A program made the position numbers and the translations under genes. Positions 63,735-64,000 of a stretch of 64,000 nt of DNA are shown here, in pieces. The number at the start of each line of letters is the position of its first letter. Positions within the stretch are counted from its first letter, which is position 1. Under the pieces are notes generated by a model. That model was given only the letters and a program-made list of their open reading frames with translations, searched no databases and was not told the origin of the DNA. Source of the DNA: Octopus sinensis (Eukaryota); contig NC_043008.1 in assembly GCF_006345805.1 (NCBI RefSeq), forward strand, positions 50,220,001 to 50,284,000, in the 5' to 3' direction.

Positions 63735-64000
63735 ACATGTAGGCAATGCTATTTGAAACAGGTTTGTTCGGTCGCAAAATATTAGCTGGGAGTCAACTAC
63801 AGTTATCTCCCCTGTTGAATGTTCTAGAACATTCCAAGCAACAGAGTTTAGCTCTCCCCCTTTGCTTGCATACAAGGTGTAACTGCTAAACCACACACAG
63901 GAGGGCGTTAGAAGTAATATTGCCTACTTAAGAGCGAATTCCAATTGAATTGCTCTCTTCTTCTGTAAGACATGATGAGGTCAACATCAGAGAGAGAGAG

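Overview
Eukaryotic, AT-rich, repeat-dense genomic DNA; the repeat families and microsatellite load suggest a cephalopod (Octopus-like) genome, which is an inference. (1) 238-31720 (+): the last 23 coding exons of importin-11 (IPO11). They splice in one continuous frame (2598 nt, 865 aa + stop); the N-terminal ~100 aa lie upstream of the window. One intron is a minor-spliceosome AT-AC intron (16559-17427). (2) 53758->63502 (+): the first four exons (88/140/45/110 nt) of a divergent Cys-loop, nicotinic-acetylcholine-receptor-like subunit with two extra Cys; only exon 1 shows up in the ORF track. (3) A CpG-rich NRF1/ETS/E-box promoter with a strong minus-strand splice donor sits inside intron 1 of that receptor, implying an antisense transcript. 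(4) One apparently intact type-I hammerhead ribozyme (38522-38609, -) and six decayed ones with different stems. (5) Many mobile-element relics: RTE LINEs, Penelope-like fragments, a mariner transposase pseudogene, TTAA and TA MITEs, fold-back elements and tRNA-derived SINEs. Most ORFs in the supplied track are microsatellite or repeat artefacts. All homology calls come from recalled family motifs, not from database searches.
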